DNA from: a virus
Lineage: Duplodnaviria > Caudoviricetes
Strand: one strand, 5' to 3'
Length of the DNA stretch: 40,659 nucleotides
Virus record (IMG/VR): IMGVR_UViG_3300048848_000255
Coordinates: 1 to 40,659 of that record
The position numbers and the translations under genes were made by a program. Below, piece by piece: positions 7,773-16,234 of the stretch (position 1 is the stretch's first letter; each line of letters opens with the position of its first letter). The notes under the pieces were generated by a model. It saw only the letters and a list, made by a program, of their open reading frames with translations, searched no databases and was not told where the DNA came from.

Positions 7773-9625
7773 TCCATAATCTCCATCGTGGCCGTCGGCG
7801 CTTCCTTGCCGTCCAGCGGTTCGTTCATCAGGATGTGCATCGTCGCCCAGGCAAGGTCAGCATGCCCGTCATCGCCGCCGCGCCCGGCCTTGAAGGTGAC
7901 GTTGCGACCGCTGGTGGTCAGCGTCTTCTTGATGCTGACGAAGGCGGAGACGAGATCCAGCAGCGAGCTGTCGAACAGCAGGCGACCGCGGCGGATGACG
8001 TTCTGCGCCTTCATGATCATGCCGGCCTTCACCTCCAGGCTGTATTCGATCTTGGCGACCGAACAGCCGGGCAGCTCGCCGGGCTTGGCCAGCAGCTGGT
8101 AGACCCCGGCGCCGACGCCCTGCGCATCGACGCCGAGATAGGTACAATTGTAGCGGCTCAGCACCGCCTTGATGAACTCGGCCTGCTGCTGGAAATCGAG
8201 GCCGCGCAGCTGGTGGCGCTCCAGGATGCGAAACTGGCCGCCCTCAACCAGCGGCGGCGCGGCGATCACCAGCGCGGCATTGTCGCCGGTCTCGCTCGCC
8301 TGTGGATCGTACCCGGCCCAGACCGCGCGATTGCCATAGGGCCGCGCGCCTTCCTGGTCGAAGTCGATCCACTCGACCAGGCTGTCGCACTGGCAGGCGA
8401 TCATGTCGTTGAACTTGAACGCCGACATGCTGTCGTCGACGAAGTCGCACAGGAACAGGTTGGCGAACTCGTCCGGCGCGTATTCGTCGCGCAGCTCTTC
8501 GATATCGAACAGGTCGCAGCCGCCCCGCTCGGCATCCTCGATGTTGACGATGTGCCGCCAGACCCGGTCCGGCCCGACGCTGCCGATCGCCAGCGCGTCA
8601 TGGCTGACGTCGATCGAGATCCGGTCTTCCTTTTTGCGCCGGCGATTGCGCCGCTCGCCGGTCCAGTACGGATAGGCCGGATGCGCGATGGTCGACGGCG
8701 TGCTGAAGTAGGTCTTTCGCCACTTCTTGTGGGTCGCCATGCCGGAGGCGACCTTGTTCAGCTCCTCGAAGCTGTGGACCCAGAAGAACTCGTCGAAGTA
8801 GAAGTTGCCGTGCCGCCCCTGCGCGGTGCGGAAGTTTGTGCCGAGGAAGTGGAGCTCGGCCGCCGCCTCCTCCGCCGGGCGCAGGTCGGACGTGATCAGC
8901 ATCGGATCGCCGGTCAACGACACGCCGACCAGCTTGGCGAAGCTGACGATGTAGGTCTTGAACTGGTGTGCCTGCGCCTTCGACGCTGACAGGAAGATCT
9001 GGTTACGCCCGGTCTCGATCGCGTCGATCAGGGCCTCGAAGGCGAAGTAGTAGGTCGCGCCGATCTGGCGCGACTTCAGGATCATGCGGGTGCGCTGGCT
9101 GAGCGCATTCCACCAGGTCAGCTGATAGTCGTACAGGCCGTCGAGGAAAATTCGCTTCAGCTCTTCCGCCTGCTCGGCGGTGAAGTGGTTCTTCCTCGCC
9201 TTCTTCCGCTCGCCGGCATTCCGCTTGCCGACGTTCTCGTTCAGGTCGCCAGCATGGCCGCCCGGCTCCTGGTACCGGCGGACGCGCGCCAGGCTCTCGA
9301 TCTGCCGCGCCAGCGCATCCATCTCGACCAGGTCGCCAGCGGTCTTCTTTTCCTTGGCGATCAGGGTGAGGAGCCGGATCTCCAGCCCATCCTCGATCTT
9401 GGCGATCGACGACGCCTCATCCCAGCGATCGCGCTGCTTCCACGCCTCGATCGTCGCGCGCGGGATCGCGGTGCCCTTGTCGCTGACGACGCCATGCAAC
9501 GCGAACTCGTCCGCGATCTGCGTGATGCCCCAGCCTCGCCAGTAGAGGCTGCGCGCATGGCGGCGCGGGTCGAACTGCCAAGCGGCGGCCTGGGCGCGGA
9601 CAGCGGGGGCGGATTGCGGGATCAT
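7769..9625 (-). CDS. P: Terminase ATPase subunit (P2 gpP)
   Basis: ARSLYWRGW, ILKSRQIGAT (Walker A), YFDEFFW (Walker B), FSTPS, GYDP, HADLAWA. Confidence 0.97.
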   Translation of the reverse strand: MIPQSAPAVRAQAAAWQFDPRRHARSLYWRGWGITQIADEFALHGVVSDKGTAIPRATIEAWKQRDRWDEASSIAKIEDGLEIRLLTLIAKEKKTAGDLVEMDALARQIESLARVRRYQEPGGHAGDLNENVGKRNAGERKKARKNHFTAEQAEELKRIFLDGLYDYQLTWWNALSQRTRMILKSRQIGATYYFAFEALIDAIETGRNQIFLSASKAQAHQFKTYIVSFAKLVGVSLTGDPMLITSDLRPAEEAAAELHFLGTNFRTAQGRHGNFYFDEFFWVHSFEELNKVASGMATHKKWRKTYFSTPSTIAHPAYPYWTGERRNRRRKKEDRISIDVSHDALAIGSVGPDRVWRHIVNIEDAERGGCDLFDIEELRDEYAPDEFANLFLCDFVDDSMSAFKFNDMIACQCDSLVEWIDFDQEGARPYGNRAVWAGYDPQASETGDNAALVIAAPPLVEGGQFRILERHQLRGLDFQQQAEFIKAVLSRYNCTYLGVDAQGVGAGVYQLLAKPGELPGCSVAKIEYSLEVKAGMIMKAQNVIRRGRLLFDSSLLDLVSAFVSIKKTLTTSGRNVTFKAGRGGDDGHADLAWATMHILMNEPLDGKEAPTATMEIME

Positions 9626-9672
9626 CGCGGCCGACCATGGCGCGCGGATCAGCCCCTATCGCTGGCACTCAG

Positions 9673-9692
9673 CGGGACAGCCGCCCGGCCCG
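9673..9692. promoter_or_regulatory. Late-promoter activator site CGGG-N12-CCCG serving the divergent P and O operons
   Basis: CGGGACAGCCGCCCGGCCCG; near-identical copies at 18704 and 27756. Confidence 0.75.
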
Positions 9693-9785
9693 ATGGCGTC
9701 CCTTGGCTTCCCCGGATCTTCGGCCCTTTCTGGCCTCACCAACGCACACCCGCACCGCCCTGCAAGCCGAGGAACCGGACCGATC

Positions 9786-10601
9786 ATGGCCACGACCAAG
9801 TTTTTCCGCATCGCCGTCGAAGGCGCCACCGTAGATGGCCGCACGATCGAGCGTGCCCACCTGGAACAAATGGCCGCCAGCTATGACCCGGCGACCTATA
9901 CCGCGCGGATCAACTGCGAGCATATCGCCGGCTACAGCCCCGAACGCCCGTTCAACGCCTATGGCTCCGTCCTGTCGCTGAAGACCGAAGAGGTCGAGCT
10001 GTCGATCAACGGTGCGCCCAAGAAGCTGCTGGGCCTCTATGCCGAGATCGACGCCAACGACCAGCTGGTCCAGATCAATCGGGCCGGGCAGAAGCTGTTC
10101 ACCAGCTGCGAGATCCACCCCAACTTCGTTGGCGAAGGCAAGGCTTACCTGGTCGGCCTGGCTGTCACCGACATGCCGGCATCGCTGGGCACCGAACCGC
10201 TGAAGTTCGCGGCACTGTCCCGCGCTAACCTGTTCACCGTCGCCGAAGAGGTGACGATCGAGTTCGCCGCCGCGTCGCAGGTCGACGTCGTCGAAGCGGC
10301 GAAGACCGGCTTTTTCTCCGCCCTCACCGACTTCTTCAAGAGCGGCACCACGGCCGCCACCAACGACAACCCGCCCGTCACGCCGCCGGCCGCGAACGAC
10401 AACAGCGTCGATGTCGAAAAGCTGGCGGCCGTGATGGGCCAGCAGTTCGCGGCCGCGTTGAAGCCGACTGCCGACGGCTTGGCCGCGCTGGAGACCCGCT
10501 TCGGCACGATGGAAGCCCAGCTCTCCAGCACCGAACAGTCTGCCAGCTTCAAGCGCACGCCCGCCACTGGCGGTGCGAACGCGGTCGTCACCGACTGCTG
10601 A
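9786..10601 (+). CDS. O: Capsid scaffolding protein/protease (gpO)
   Basis: KFFRIAVEGATVDGRTI, YDP..YTARINCEH, YLVGLAVTD.PASLGTE, C-terminal TDC; start set at ATG 9786. Confidence 0.96.
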   Translation: MATTKFFRIAVEGATVDGRTIERAHLEQMAASYDPATYTARINCEHIAGYSPERPFNAYGSVLSLKTEEVELSINGAPKKLLGLYAEIDANDQLVQINRAGQKLFTSCEIHPNFVGEGKAYLVGLAVTDMPASLGTEPLKFAALSRANLFTVAEEVTIEFAAASQVDVVEAAKTGFFSALTDFFKSGTTAATNDNPPVTPPAANDNSVDVEKLAAVMGQQFAAALKPTADGLAALETRFGTMEAQLSSTEQSASFKRTPATGGANAVVTDC

Positions 10602-10661
10602 TCAGCGCGCCCCCCGCACAACGCCCCCGCCACCGTCCCCGCCTAACCGGAGCCTGCCCCC

Positions 10662-11741
10662 ATGCGCAAAGAAACCCGCGCCCACTTCAAGGCCTATGTC
10701 AGCCAGATCGCGCAGCTGAACGGCATCGATGCCGAAGACGCCGTCGCCCGTTTCAGCGTCGCCCCGGCGGTCGAACAGAAGCTGGAAGAGAAGATCCAGG
10801 AGTCGAGCGACTTCCTGCAGCAGATCAGTGTTGTGCCAGTCGTCCAGCAGCAGGGTGACAAGGTTGGTGTCGGCACCACGCGCCCGCTGGCCGGTCGCAC
10901 GGACACGGCGGCCGGACAGCGCCGCACGCCCACTGATCCGACCGACACCACCGACGATGGCGGTTATCACTGCCGCCAGACCAACTTCGATCACGCGATC
11001 AAGTATGCGAAGCTCGACGCCTGGCGCCACAAGCCCGAGTTCCAGACGCTGCTGCGCGACGTCATCCTGAAGCAGCAGGGTCGCGACCGCATCATGATCG
11101 GCTTCAACGGCACCTCGGCCGCCAAGCAGACCGATCGCGCAGCGAACCCGCTGCTGCAGGACGTCAATGAGGGCTGGCTGCACAAGATCCGCACGCATGC
11201 CCCGAACCGCGTCCTGTCTGAAGGCGAGCTGGGCGAAGATGTGATCTATGTCGCCGCCGGCGTCGAAGTGGTCGATGGCGATGCCACGAACGTGGACATC
11301 GCCGAAGCCGATTACGCCAATCTCGATGCGCTGGCATTCGACGCGCTGGACCTGATCGACCCGTGGCACCGCGGCGATACCGACCTGGTCGTGATCGTCG
11401 GTTGGGAGCTGGTGAAGGACAAGTACCTGAACCTGCTGCAGGCCGCCGGTGACACCGCGACCGAGCGCGAGGCGGCCCACCGCATCCTGACCCTGCCCAA
11501 GCAGCTGGCCGGCAAGCGCGCGGTTATTGTGCCCTTCTTCCCGGAAACGTCGCTGCTGATCACCAGCCTCGATAACCTCGCCATCTATTGGCAGGAAGAG
11601 ACCCGCCGCCGCCTGATCAAGGATGAGCCGGCGCTCGACCAGATCGAAAACTACGAGTCCGTCAACGAGGACTACGTAGTGGAAGATTACGGCCGCGCCG
11701 CGCTGGTCGAAAACGTCCGCATGGGCCGCAAGCCGGCCTGA
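10662..11741 (+). CDS. N: Major capsid protein (gpN)
   Basis: FSVAPAVEQKLE..IQESSDFL, QTNFD, LDAW, DRIMIGFNG, NPLLQDVNEGWL, YESVNEDYVVEDY. Confidence 0.97.
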   Translation: MRKETRAHFKAYVSQIAQLNGIDAEDAVARFSVAPAVEQKLEEKIQESSDFLQQISVVPVVQQQGDKVGVGTTRPLAGRTDTAAGQRRTPTDPTDTTDDGGYHCRQTNFDHAIKYAKLDAWRHKPEFQTLLRDVILKQQGRDRIMIGFNGTSAAKQTDRAANPLLQDVNEGWLHKIRTHAPNRVLSEGELGEDVIYVAAGVEVVDGDATNVDIAEADYANLDALAFDALDLIDPWHRGDTDLVVIVGWELVKDKYLNLLQAAGDTATEREAAHRILTLPKQLAGKRAVIVPFFPETSLLITSLDNLAIYWQEETRRRLIKDEPALDQIENYESVNEDYVVEDYGRAALVENVRMGRKPA

Positions 11742-11791
11742 GCCGGCGCTGCCCTACCCCCGCATCCACTCCGCCCACGGGACATCCGCCA

Positions 11792-12577
11792 ATGAGCCTC
11801 GCTCGACGCAAGCGTGATCGCATCCTCGCCGCCCAGACCATTAGCGCGGCGACTGCACCTGTGCGCGGAGTGGCCGCCGCCCCCGCTGCCTCCCCTCCCC
11901 GGGCAGCGGGGGCGAATGCCTCCCCTGCGGATCGCGCCGCCGCCCAGATCGCCTTGCGCCTGACGCACGACTTGCGCCGGCTGAAAGAGATCCGCTCGAT
12001 CGACAAGAAGATCGAGGCCAAGCGCGAGATGCTGCCCGAATACCGGGCCTGGCTCGAAGGCGTGCTGGAAGCCGATGCCGGCCTTGGCACCGGCCTTACC
12101 GCCGAAGTGCTGCCGACCTGCATGGTCTGGCTGATCGACATCGGTGAATATGCCCGCGCGCTCGATCTGGCGGACTTCATGCTGCGCCACAACGCGCCAA
12201 TGCCCACGCGCTACAAGCGCGATGCTGCCACCATCGTGGCCGAGGAAGTCGCAGACGCCGCCGCCAAGGTCCAGAATGCCGGCACCGCGTTCCCCCTCAA
12301 CGTGCTTTCCCACGCGAACGATCTGACGGCTGACCTCGACCTCCACGACCAGGTTCGGGCGAAGTTGCTTAAGGCGATCGGCGTCGAGCAGCTGCGTATC
12401 TCCGAACGGATGGTGGCGGAAGATAGCGGGCCGTCGCTCGAAGCAACCCTTGCCACTCTTCGCGAGGCACAGCGTCTGCACGAACGCGTCGGCGTGAAGG
12501 ACCGTATCAAGCGCGCCGACAAGCTGCTGGCAGCACTCCCCGCGCCCGAACCGAACACCAGCGGCACTGCCGCCTGA
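11792..12577 (+). CDS. M: Terminase endonuclease subunit (gpM)
   Basis: LKEIRS..KIEAKREMLPEY, MVWLIDIGEY, DQVRAKL.KAIG, VGVKDRI. Confidence 0.95.
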   Translation: MSLARRKRDRILAAQTISAATAPVRGVAAAPAASPPRAAGANASPADRAAAQIALRLTHDLRRLKEIRSIDKKIEAKREMLPEYRAWLEGVLEADAGLGTGLTAEVLPTCMVWLIDIGEYARALDLADFMLRHNAPMPTRYKRDAATIVAEEVADAAAKVQNAGTAFPLNVLSHANDLTADLDLHDQVRAKLLKAIGVEQLRISERMVAEDSGPSLEATLATLREAQRLHERVGVKDRIKRADKLLAALPAPEPNTSGTAA

Positions 12578-12587
12578 CCAGCTCGCC

Positions 12588-12674
12588 CCCGGCGCTCAGG
12601 GGCGGATCGCGCGATGCGGGAGGTCTTCGGGCCGCAGGGCCGCATCTGACCCGATCCCCACCCCTGTAGCCGGG
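12588..12674 (+). other. Rod-like structured RNA element in the M-L intergenic region
   Basis: Five nested helices: CCCGGC/GCCGGG, CAGGGG/CCCCTG, GGATCG/CGATCC, GATGCGG/CCGCATC and GGTC-TTCG-GGCC (cUUCGg loop). Confidence 0.6.
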
Positions 12675-12694
12675 CGCGCCGACCGGAGATCCGC

Positions 12695-13174
12695 ATGTCC
12701 TTCGTCGCCCTTCCGTCCGTGCCCTCCAGCGCGCAGCCGCCGGCGGCAGAGGCGATCGTCTACAATGACGGGTTCTTCCCCGACATCGATCCTGCTGCCG
12801 TGCGCGAGGCCGCGCGCATCCCGTCCAACATCACCGCGGCCCGCCTGCGAGCGGCGATCATCGGCGCGATTATGACCGCCGCTTACGATCTGACCGGGTT
12901 CGTCAGCACCGCTGCCGCTGCAGGGCATCATACACTCGCTGACCTGCCCGCGCCTGAGCTGGATCGGCAGAGCGTCCAGGTGCTGCGCTACCAGCGCGCC
13001 GTCGCGCTGCTGACCAAGGCCGAGCTGATCGAGCGGCATGCCGACTACGACACGACCGCCGCCGGCGGCGATGCCGATGATCTTACGCCGACGGTCGACC
13101 AGTTGCGCCGCGACGCCCAGCATGCCCTGCGCGACATGCAGGGTCGCGCCCGCACCATGGTGGACCTGATCTGA
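12695..13174 (+). CDS. L: Head completion/stabilisation protein (gpL)
   Basis: NDGFFPDID, RLRAAI, YQRAV, YDTT, C-terminal VDLI; position after M. Confidence 0.93.
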   Translation: MSFVALPSVPSSAQPPAAEAIVYNDGFFPDIDPAAVREAARIPSNITAARLRAAIIGAIMTAAYDLTGFVSTAAAAGHHTLADLPAPELDRQSVQVLRYQRAVALLTKAELIERHADYDTTAAGGDADDLTPTVDQLRRDAQHALRDMQGRARTMVDLI

Positions 13175-13410
13175 TGGCTGGCGCCGTCACCACCTTGCGC
13201 GCGCTGCAGGGCGACACGCTGGATCTGCTGCTGTCGCGTGATACCGGCCTTGGCCCGGCGCACCTGACCCGCGTGCTGGATAGCAATCCCGGCCTCGCCG
13301 AGCTGGGGCCGATCCTGCCGCTCGGCACGCGCGTCATCCTGCCCGCGCAGCTCGTCCGCAGCGCACCCGCCACCACCCCCGTCCGCCCCCTCGTCCAACT
13401 CTGGAGCTGA
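13174..13410 (+). CDS. X: Tail protein X (LysM-like)
   Basis: ALQGDTLD...VLDSNPGLAELGPILPLGTRVILP...VQLW. Confidence 0.92.
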   Translation: MAGAVTTLRALQGDTLDLLLSRDTGLGPAHLTRVLDSNPGLAELGPILPLGTRVILPAQLVRSAPATTPVRPLVQLWS

Positions 13411-13415
13411 ACCCT

Positions 13416-13751
13416 ATGGACCTGCGCACCCTCGTCGAAGCCGGTTTCGAAGTGATCGGCTCGCTTACCCCCTCGCTCGTCGGCTCCGCCGTGGCCCAAG
13501 CGTGGAAGCCTGCCCTGCCGTGGCGCCAGCGCGTGCTGCAGTGGATGGTCGGCTCGACGGTCAGCTACTACGCCACAGTCGGCATCATCGAGGTGACCAG
13601 CTGGGGCACCTTCGTCGCGCAGTCGATCGCCTTCGCGATAGCCCTGCTCGCCTTTGACGCCACCCCCAAGATCGTCGCCGCTGCCACCGACACGCTGACG
13701 GGCGTGCCGGCGCGCATCGCCGATCGCATCCTCGGCACGAAGAAGGACTGA
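13416..13751 (+). CDS. Putative holin
   Basis: 111 aa, 2-3 hydrophobic segments, basic C-terminus; lies between X and the endolysin. Confidence 0.7.
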   Translation: MDLRTLVEAGFEVIGSLTPSLVGSAVAQAWKPALPWRQRVLQWMVGSTVSYYATVGIIEVTSWGTFVAQSIAFAIALLAFDATPKIVAAATDTLTGVPARIADRILGTKKD

Positions 13752-13756
13752 CCGGC

Positions 13757-14209
13757 ATGAAGCTGTCTCCCAACTTCACCCTGGCCGAGTTCACCGCCAG
13801 CGCGACCGCGCAGGCCAAGGGCATCAAGAACGATCCGACGCCCGGCCAGATCGCCGCGCTGCAGCTGCTCTGCGCCAAGGTGCTGGAGCCGGTGCGCGCC
13901 CACTACGGGAAGCCGGTGCGGATCACGTCCGGCTTCCGCTCGGTCAAGCTGTGCCTGGCGGTCGGCTCCTCGTCCGGAAGCCAGCACGCGCGAGGCGAGG
14001 CGGCCGACTTCGAGATCACCGGCGTCGATAACGTCACGGTCGCGAAGTTCATCCGCGATCGCCTGCCGTTCGACCAGCTCATCCTGGAAAATTACGTCCG
14101 GGGACAGCCGAACAGTGGCTGGATCCACGTCAGCTATCGGGACGGCCGGCTGCGCCACGACGTGCTGACCTTCTCCCGCCGCAGCTACTTCAAGGGACTG
14201 CTCGCATGA
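13757..14209 (+). CDS. Endolysin, peptidase M15 family
   Basis: LSPNFTLAEFT.S, ITSGFRS, SQH..GEAAD and WIHVS zinc-ligand motifs. Confidence 0.9.
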   Translation: MKLSPNFTLAEFTASATAQAKGIKNDPTPGQIAALQLLCAKVLEPVRAHYGKPVRITSGFRSVKLCLAVGSSSGSQHARGEAADFEITGVDNVTVAKFIRDRLPFDQLILENYVRGQPNSGWIHVSYRDGRLRHDVLTFSRRSYFKGLLA

Positions 14210-14424
14210 TCAAGCTGCTCATCTTCGTCGCCGCCTGGTTCGTCGGCTTCCTGCTGCTGCAGCTGCTGACCAGGCTCCTGCTGCGACACGAGCCGACAGC
14301 GCACGGCCAGATCGTTGGCCGGCAGATCGGCCGCATTGTCGGTCTGTTCTGGCCGGTCGCCCTGCCAGCGCTGATCCTGTGGCTGGGCTGGCACGCGCTA
14401 CGCGAATGGTGGGCGGCGCGATGA
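14206..14424 (+). CDS. Small 2-TM protein in the lysis cassette (LysA/antiholin position)
   Basis: Two hydrophobic segments; 4-nt overlaps with both neighbours. Confidence 0.55.
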   Translation: MIKLLIFVAAWFVGFLLLQLLTRLLLRHEPTAHGQIVGRQIGRIVGLFWPVALPALILWLGWHALREWWAAR

Positions 14425-14819
14425 TCGGCCTGTCGCATGTTGCGCTTGCCGGCGCGCTGGCCGCCTGCCTCGCTGGCATTGGCGGCTATGTGCACGGCAC
14501 CCGCGTCGGCGTGACGCAGGAACAGGCCGCGCAGGCCCGCGCCGACGCTGCGGCCGACAAGGCGCGCGCCGAGCTGCAGGGCAAGATCGATGCCGTCGGC
14601 ACCGCCCACCAGGAATCGGAATACGGCCGCCAGGTCGAAGTCAGGGAGATCACCCGTGAAAGTCAGCAGATCATCGAGCGCCCTGTTTATCGCGATGTGT
14701 GCATCGATGCTGATGGTGTCGGCCTGCTCGACCGGGCCGCGGCCGTCGCCAACGGAACCGCGAGTGTCCAGCCACCTGCTGGCGACGCCGGCGGAGTTGC
14801 CGCAGGTCCAGCGGACTGA
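14421..14819 (+). CDS. Inner-membrane spanin (Rz-like)
   Basis: N-terminal TM (ALAGALAACLAGIGGY), Ala-rich coiled coil, IIERPVYRDVCID. Confidence 0.75.
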   Translation: MIGLSHVALAGALAACLAGIGGYVHGTRVGVTQEQAAQARADAAADKARAELQGKIDAVGTAHQESEYGRQVEVREITRESQQIIERPVYRDVCIDADGVGLLDRAAAVANGTASVQPPAGDAGGVAAGPAD

Positions 14820-14973
14820 GACCGGCGAGATGACCGGCGCCGATGCCATCAGCAGCATGCTGGTGCTGTATGACGTCGCCGGCCAGATCCGCGCTGCCTA
14901 TATTGCGCTGCAGGACCAAGTGCGCCTGATGCTCACCCCCGTGTCGGTGGATGGCGATGCGCAAGGCCGATAG
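14656..14973 (+). CDS. Outer-membrane lipoprotein spanin (Rz1-like), overlapping Rz in the +1 frame
   Basis: GTG start at 14656 with GGAGA RBS; signal peptide ending in lipobox VSA-C; Pro-rich mature region. Confidence 0.7.
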   Translation: MKVSRSSSALFIAMCASMLMVSACSTGPRPSPTEPRVSSHLLATPAELPQVQRTETGEMTGADAISSMLVLYDVAGQIRAAYIALQDQVRLMLTPVSVDGDAQGR

Positions 14974-15439
14974 TCTCCGCAGCTTCATCACCGCGTGCCT
15001 GCCGGAGTTCGCCACCCATCCCGATCGACTGCAGCTTTACGTCGACGCCGGCCAGATCCACGCGCAGCAATCGGCCACGCTGTCGTTCACCTATGCCTAC
15101 GCGCTGAAGCTGCTGGTGACCGACTTCGCTGGCTCGGCCGATCGGCTGATGGTGCCGCTGCTCGCCTGGATCGCCCACGAACAGCCGCAGCTTTTGCGGG
15201 GGAATGGCCAGCCTTTCACCTTTGAAGCCGAGCTGCTGGATAGCACCACCAGCGATATCGAGATCTCGCTCGATCTGACCGAAAGCGTGGTGGTTACCCC
15301 GCGCGCTGACGGCAGCGGGCATGATGTCAGCCACCCTGTCGAGAAGAAGCCCGGCGCGACCGATTGGGATCACATGTTCCCCGATCCGCCCGGCACCTTC
15401 GCCAACCTGTTTGACGGGCTGGGTCAGCTCTACCCGTGA
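14957..15439 (+). CDS. R: Tail completion protein R
   Basis: MRKADSLR, PDRLQLYVDAG, LSFTYAY, VPLLAWI..QP.LL, FEAELL, DIEISLDLTESVVV. Confidence 0.9.
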   Translation: MRKADSLRSFITACLPEFATHPDRLQLYVDAGQIHAQQSATLSFTYAYALKLLVTDFAGSADRLMVPLLAWIAHEQPQLLRGNGQPFTFEAELLDSTTSDIEISLDLTESVVVTPRADGSGHDVSHPVEKKPGATDWDHMFPDPPGTFANLFDGLGQLYP

Positions 15440-16131
15440 CCGACGATCTAGCCGAAGTGGAGCGGATCGCCGGCGCACTGCTGCGCGGCCTGTCCGCCAG
15501 CGGTCGCCGCACCATGATGCGCCGCATGGCACGCGAGCTGGCGATCAGCCAGCGCACCCGCATCACTGCGCAGAAACAGCCAGACGGCTCCGCCTTTGAA
15601 GCGCGTAAAGCCAAGGCGCCGCCGGTCAGCGGCCGGGGCGCGGCCTGCTTCCTCTATCCATCCGGCAGCGGCGAGCCGCGCCGGGTGATCATGAAGAGCT
15701 TCACTTGGGGCACCGGTCGGATGCTGACCGGGTTCGATATCGAGGCCGGCGGTATCCGTTCCTTCGAGTTCGACCGGATCGTCAAATGGCTCCCCGTTCC
15801 GGAAGAGCATCGCAATGCAGGCGCCGGTCAGCGGCGCCGTCGTGGCGGGCTGCGCCGGCGCGCGATGTTCCGCCGCTTGGCCTCGTCCCGCTTCCTGAAG
15901 ACCGGCACCGACGATAGCAGCTTCTGGGTCGGCTTCAGCGGCAAGGTGTCCGAGATCGCCCAGGTCCACCAGCATGGCCTGCGCGATCGGCCATCCCTGC
16001 GCGCCAAGACCGTGCCCTATGCCAGACGCGAACTGCTCGGCGTCTCAACCGATGATCGAAACCGCCTGCTAGATACGCTTCACGCGCGACTACATTCGTC
16101 CACAGCGTCACTCAGCCGGATAGCATTCTGA
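15436..16131 (+). CDS. S: Tail completion/virion morphogenesis protein S with an internal insertion
   Basis: SQRTRITAQKQPDGSAFEARK and MFRRL...IAQVHQHGLRD...YARRELLG; about 60-80 extra central residues. Confidence 0.88.
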   Translation: MTDDLAEVERIAGALLRGLSASGRRTMMRRMARELAISQRTRITAQKQPDGSAFEARKAKAPPVSGRGAACFLYPSGSGEPRRVIMKSFTWGTGRMLTGFDIEAGGIRSFEFDRIVKWLPVPEEHRNAGAGQRRRRGGLRRRAMFRRLASSRFLKTGTDDSSFWVGFSGKVSEIAQVHQHGLRDRPSLRAKTVPYARRELLGVSTDDRNRLLDTLHARLHSSTASLSRIAF

Positions 16132-16141
16132 CCACATAAAT

Positions 16142-16161
16142 TGTTATCAAGCTTGATAACA
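16142..16161. promoter_or_regulatory. Perfect 20-bp palindrome TGTTATCAAGCTTGATAACA upstream of the ATPase-HNH pair
   Basis: Read directly; function not determinable from sequence. Confidence 0.55.
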
Positions 16162-16234
16162 CCGAAGGCTTTGCGGCTAGTGATGCCGTCGGTAGAAGGG
16201 TGACCGGCAGCGCGGTGACGGAGTTTTTTAGGGC

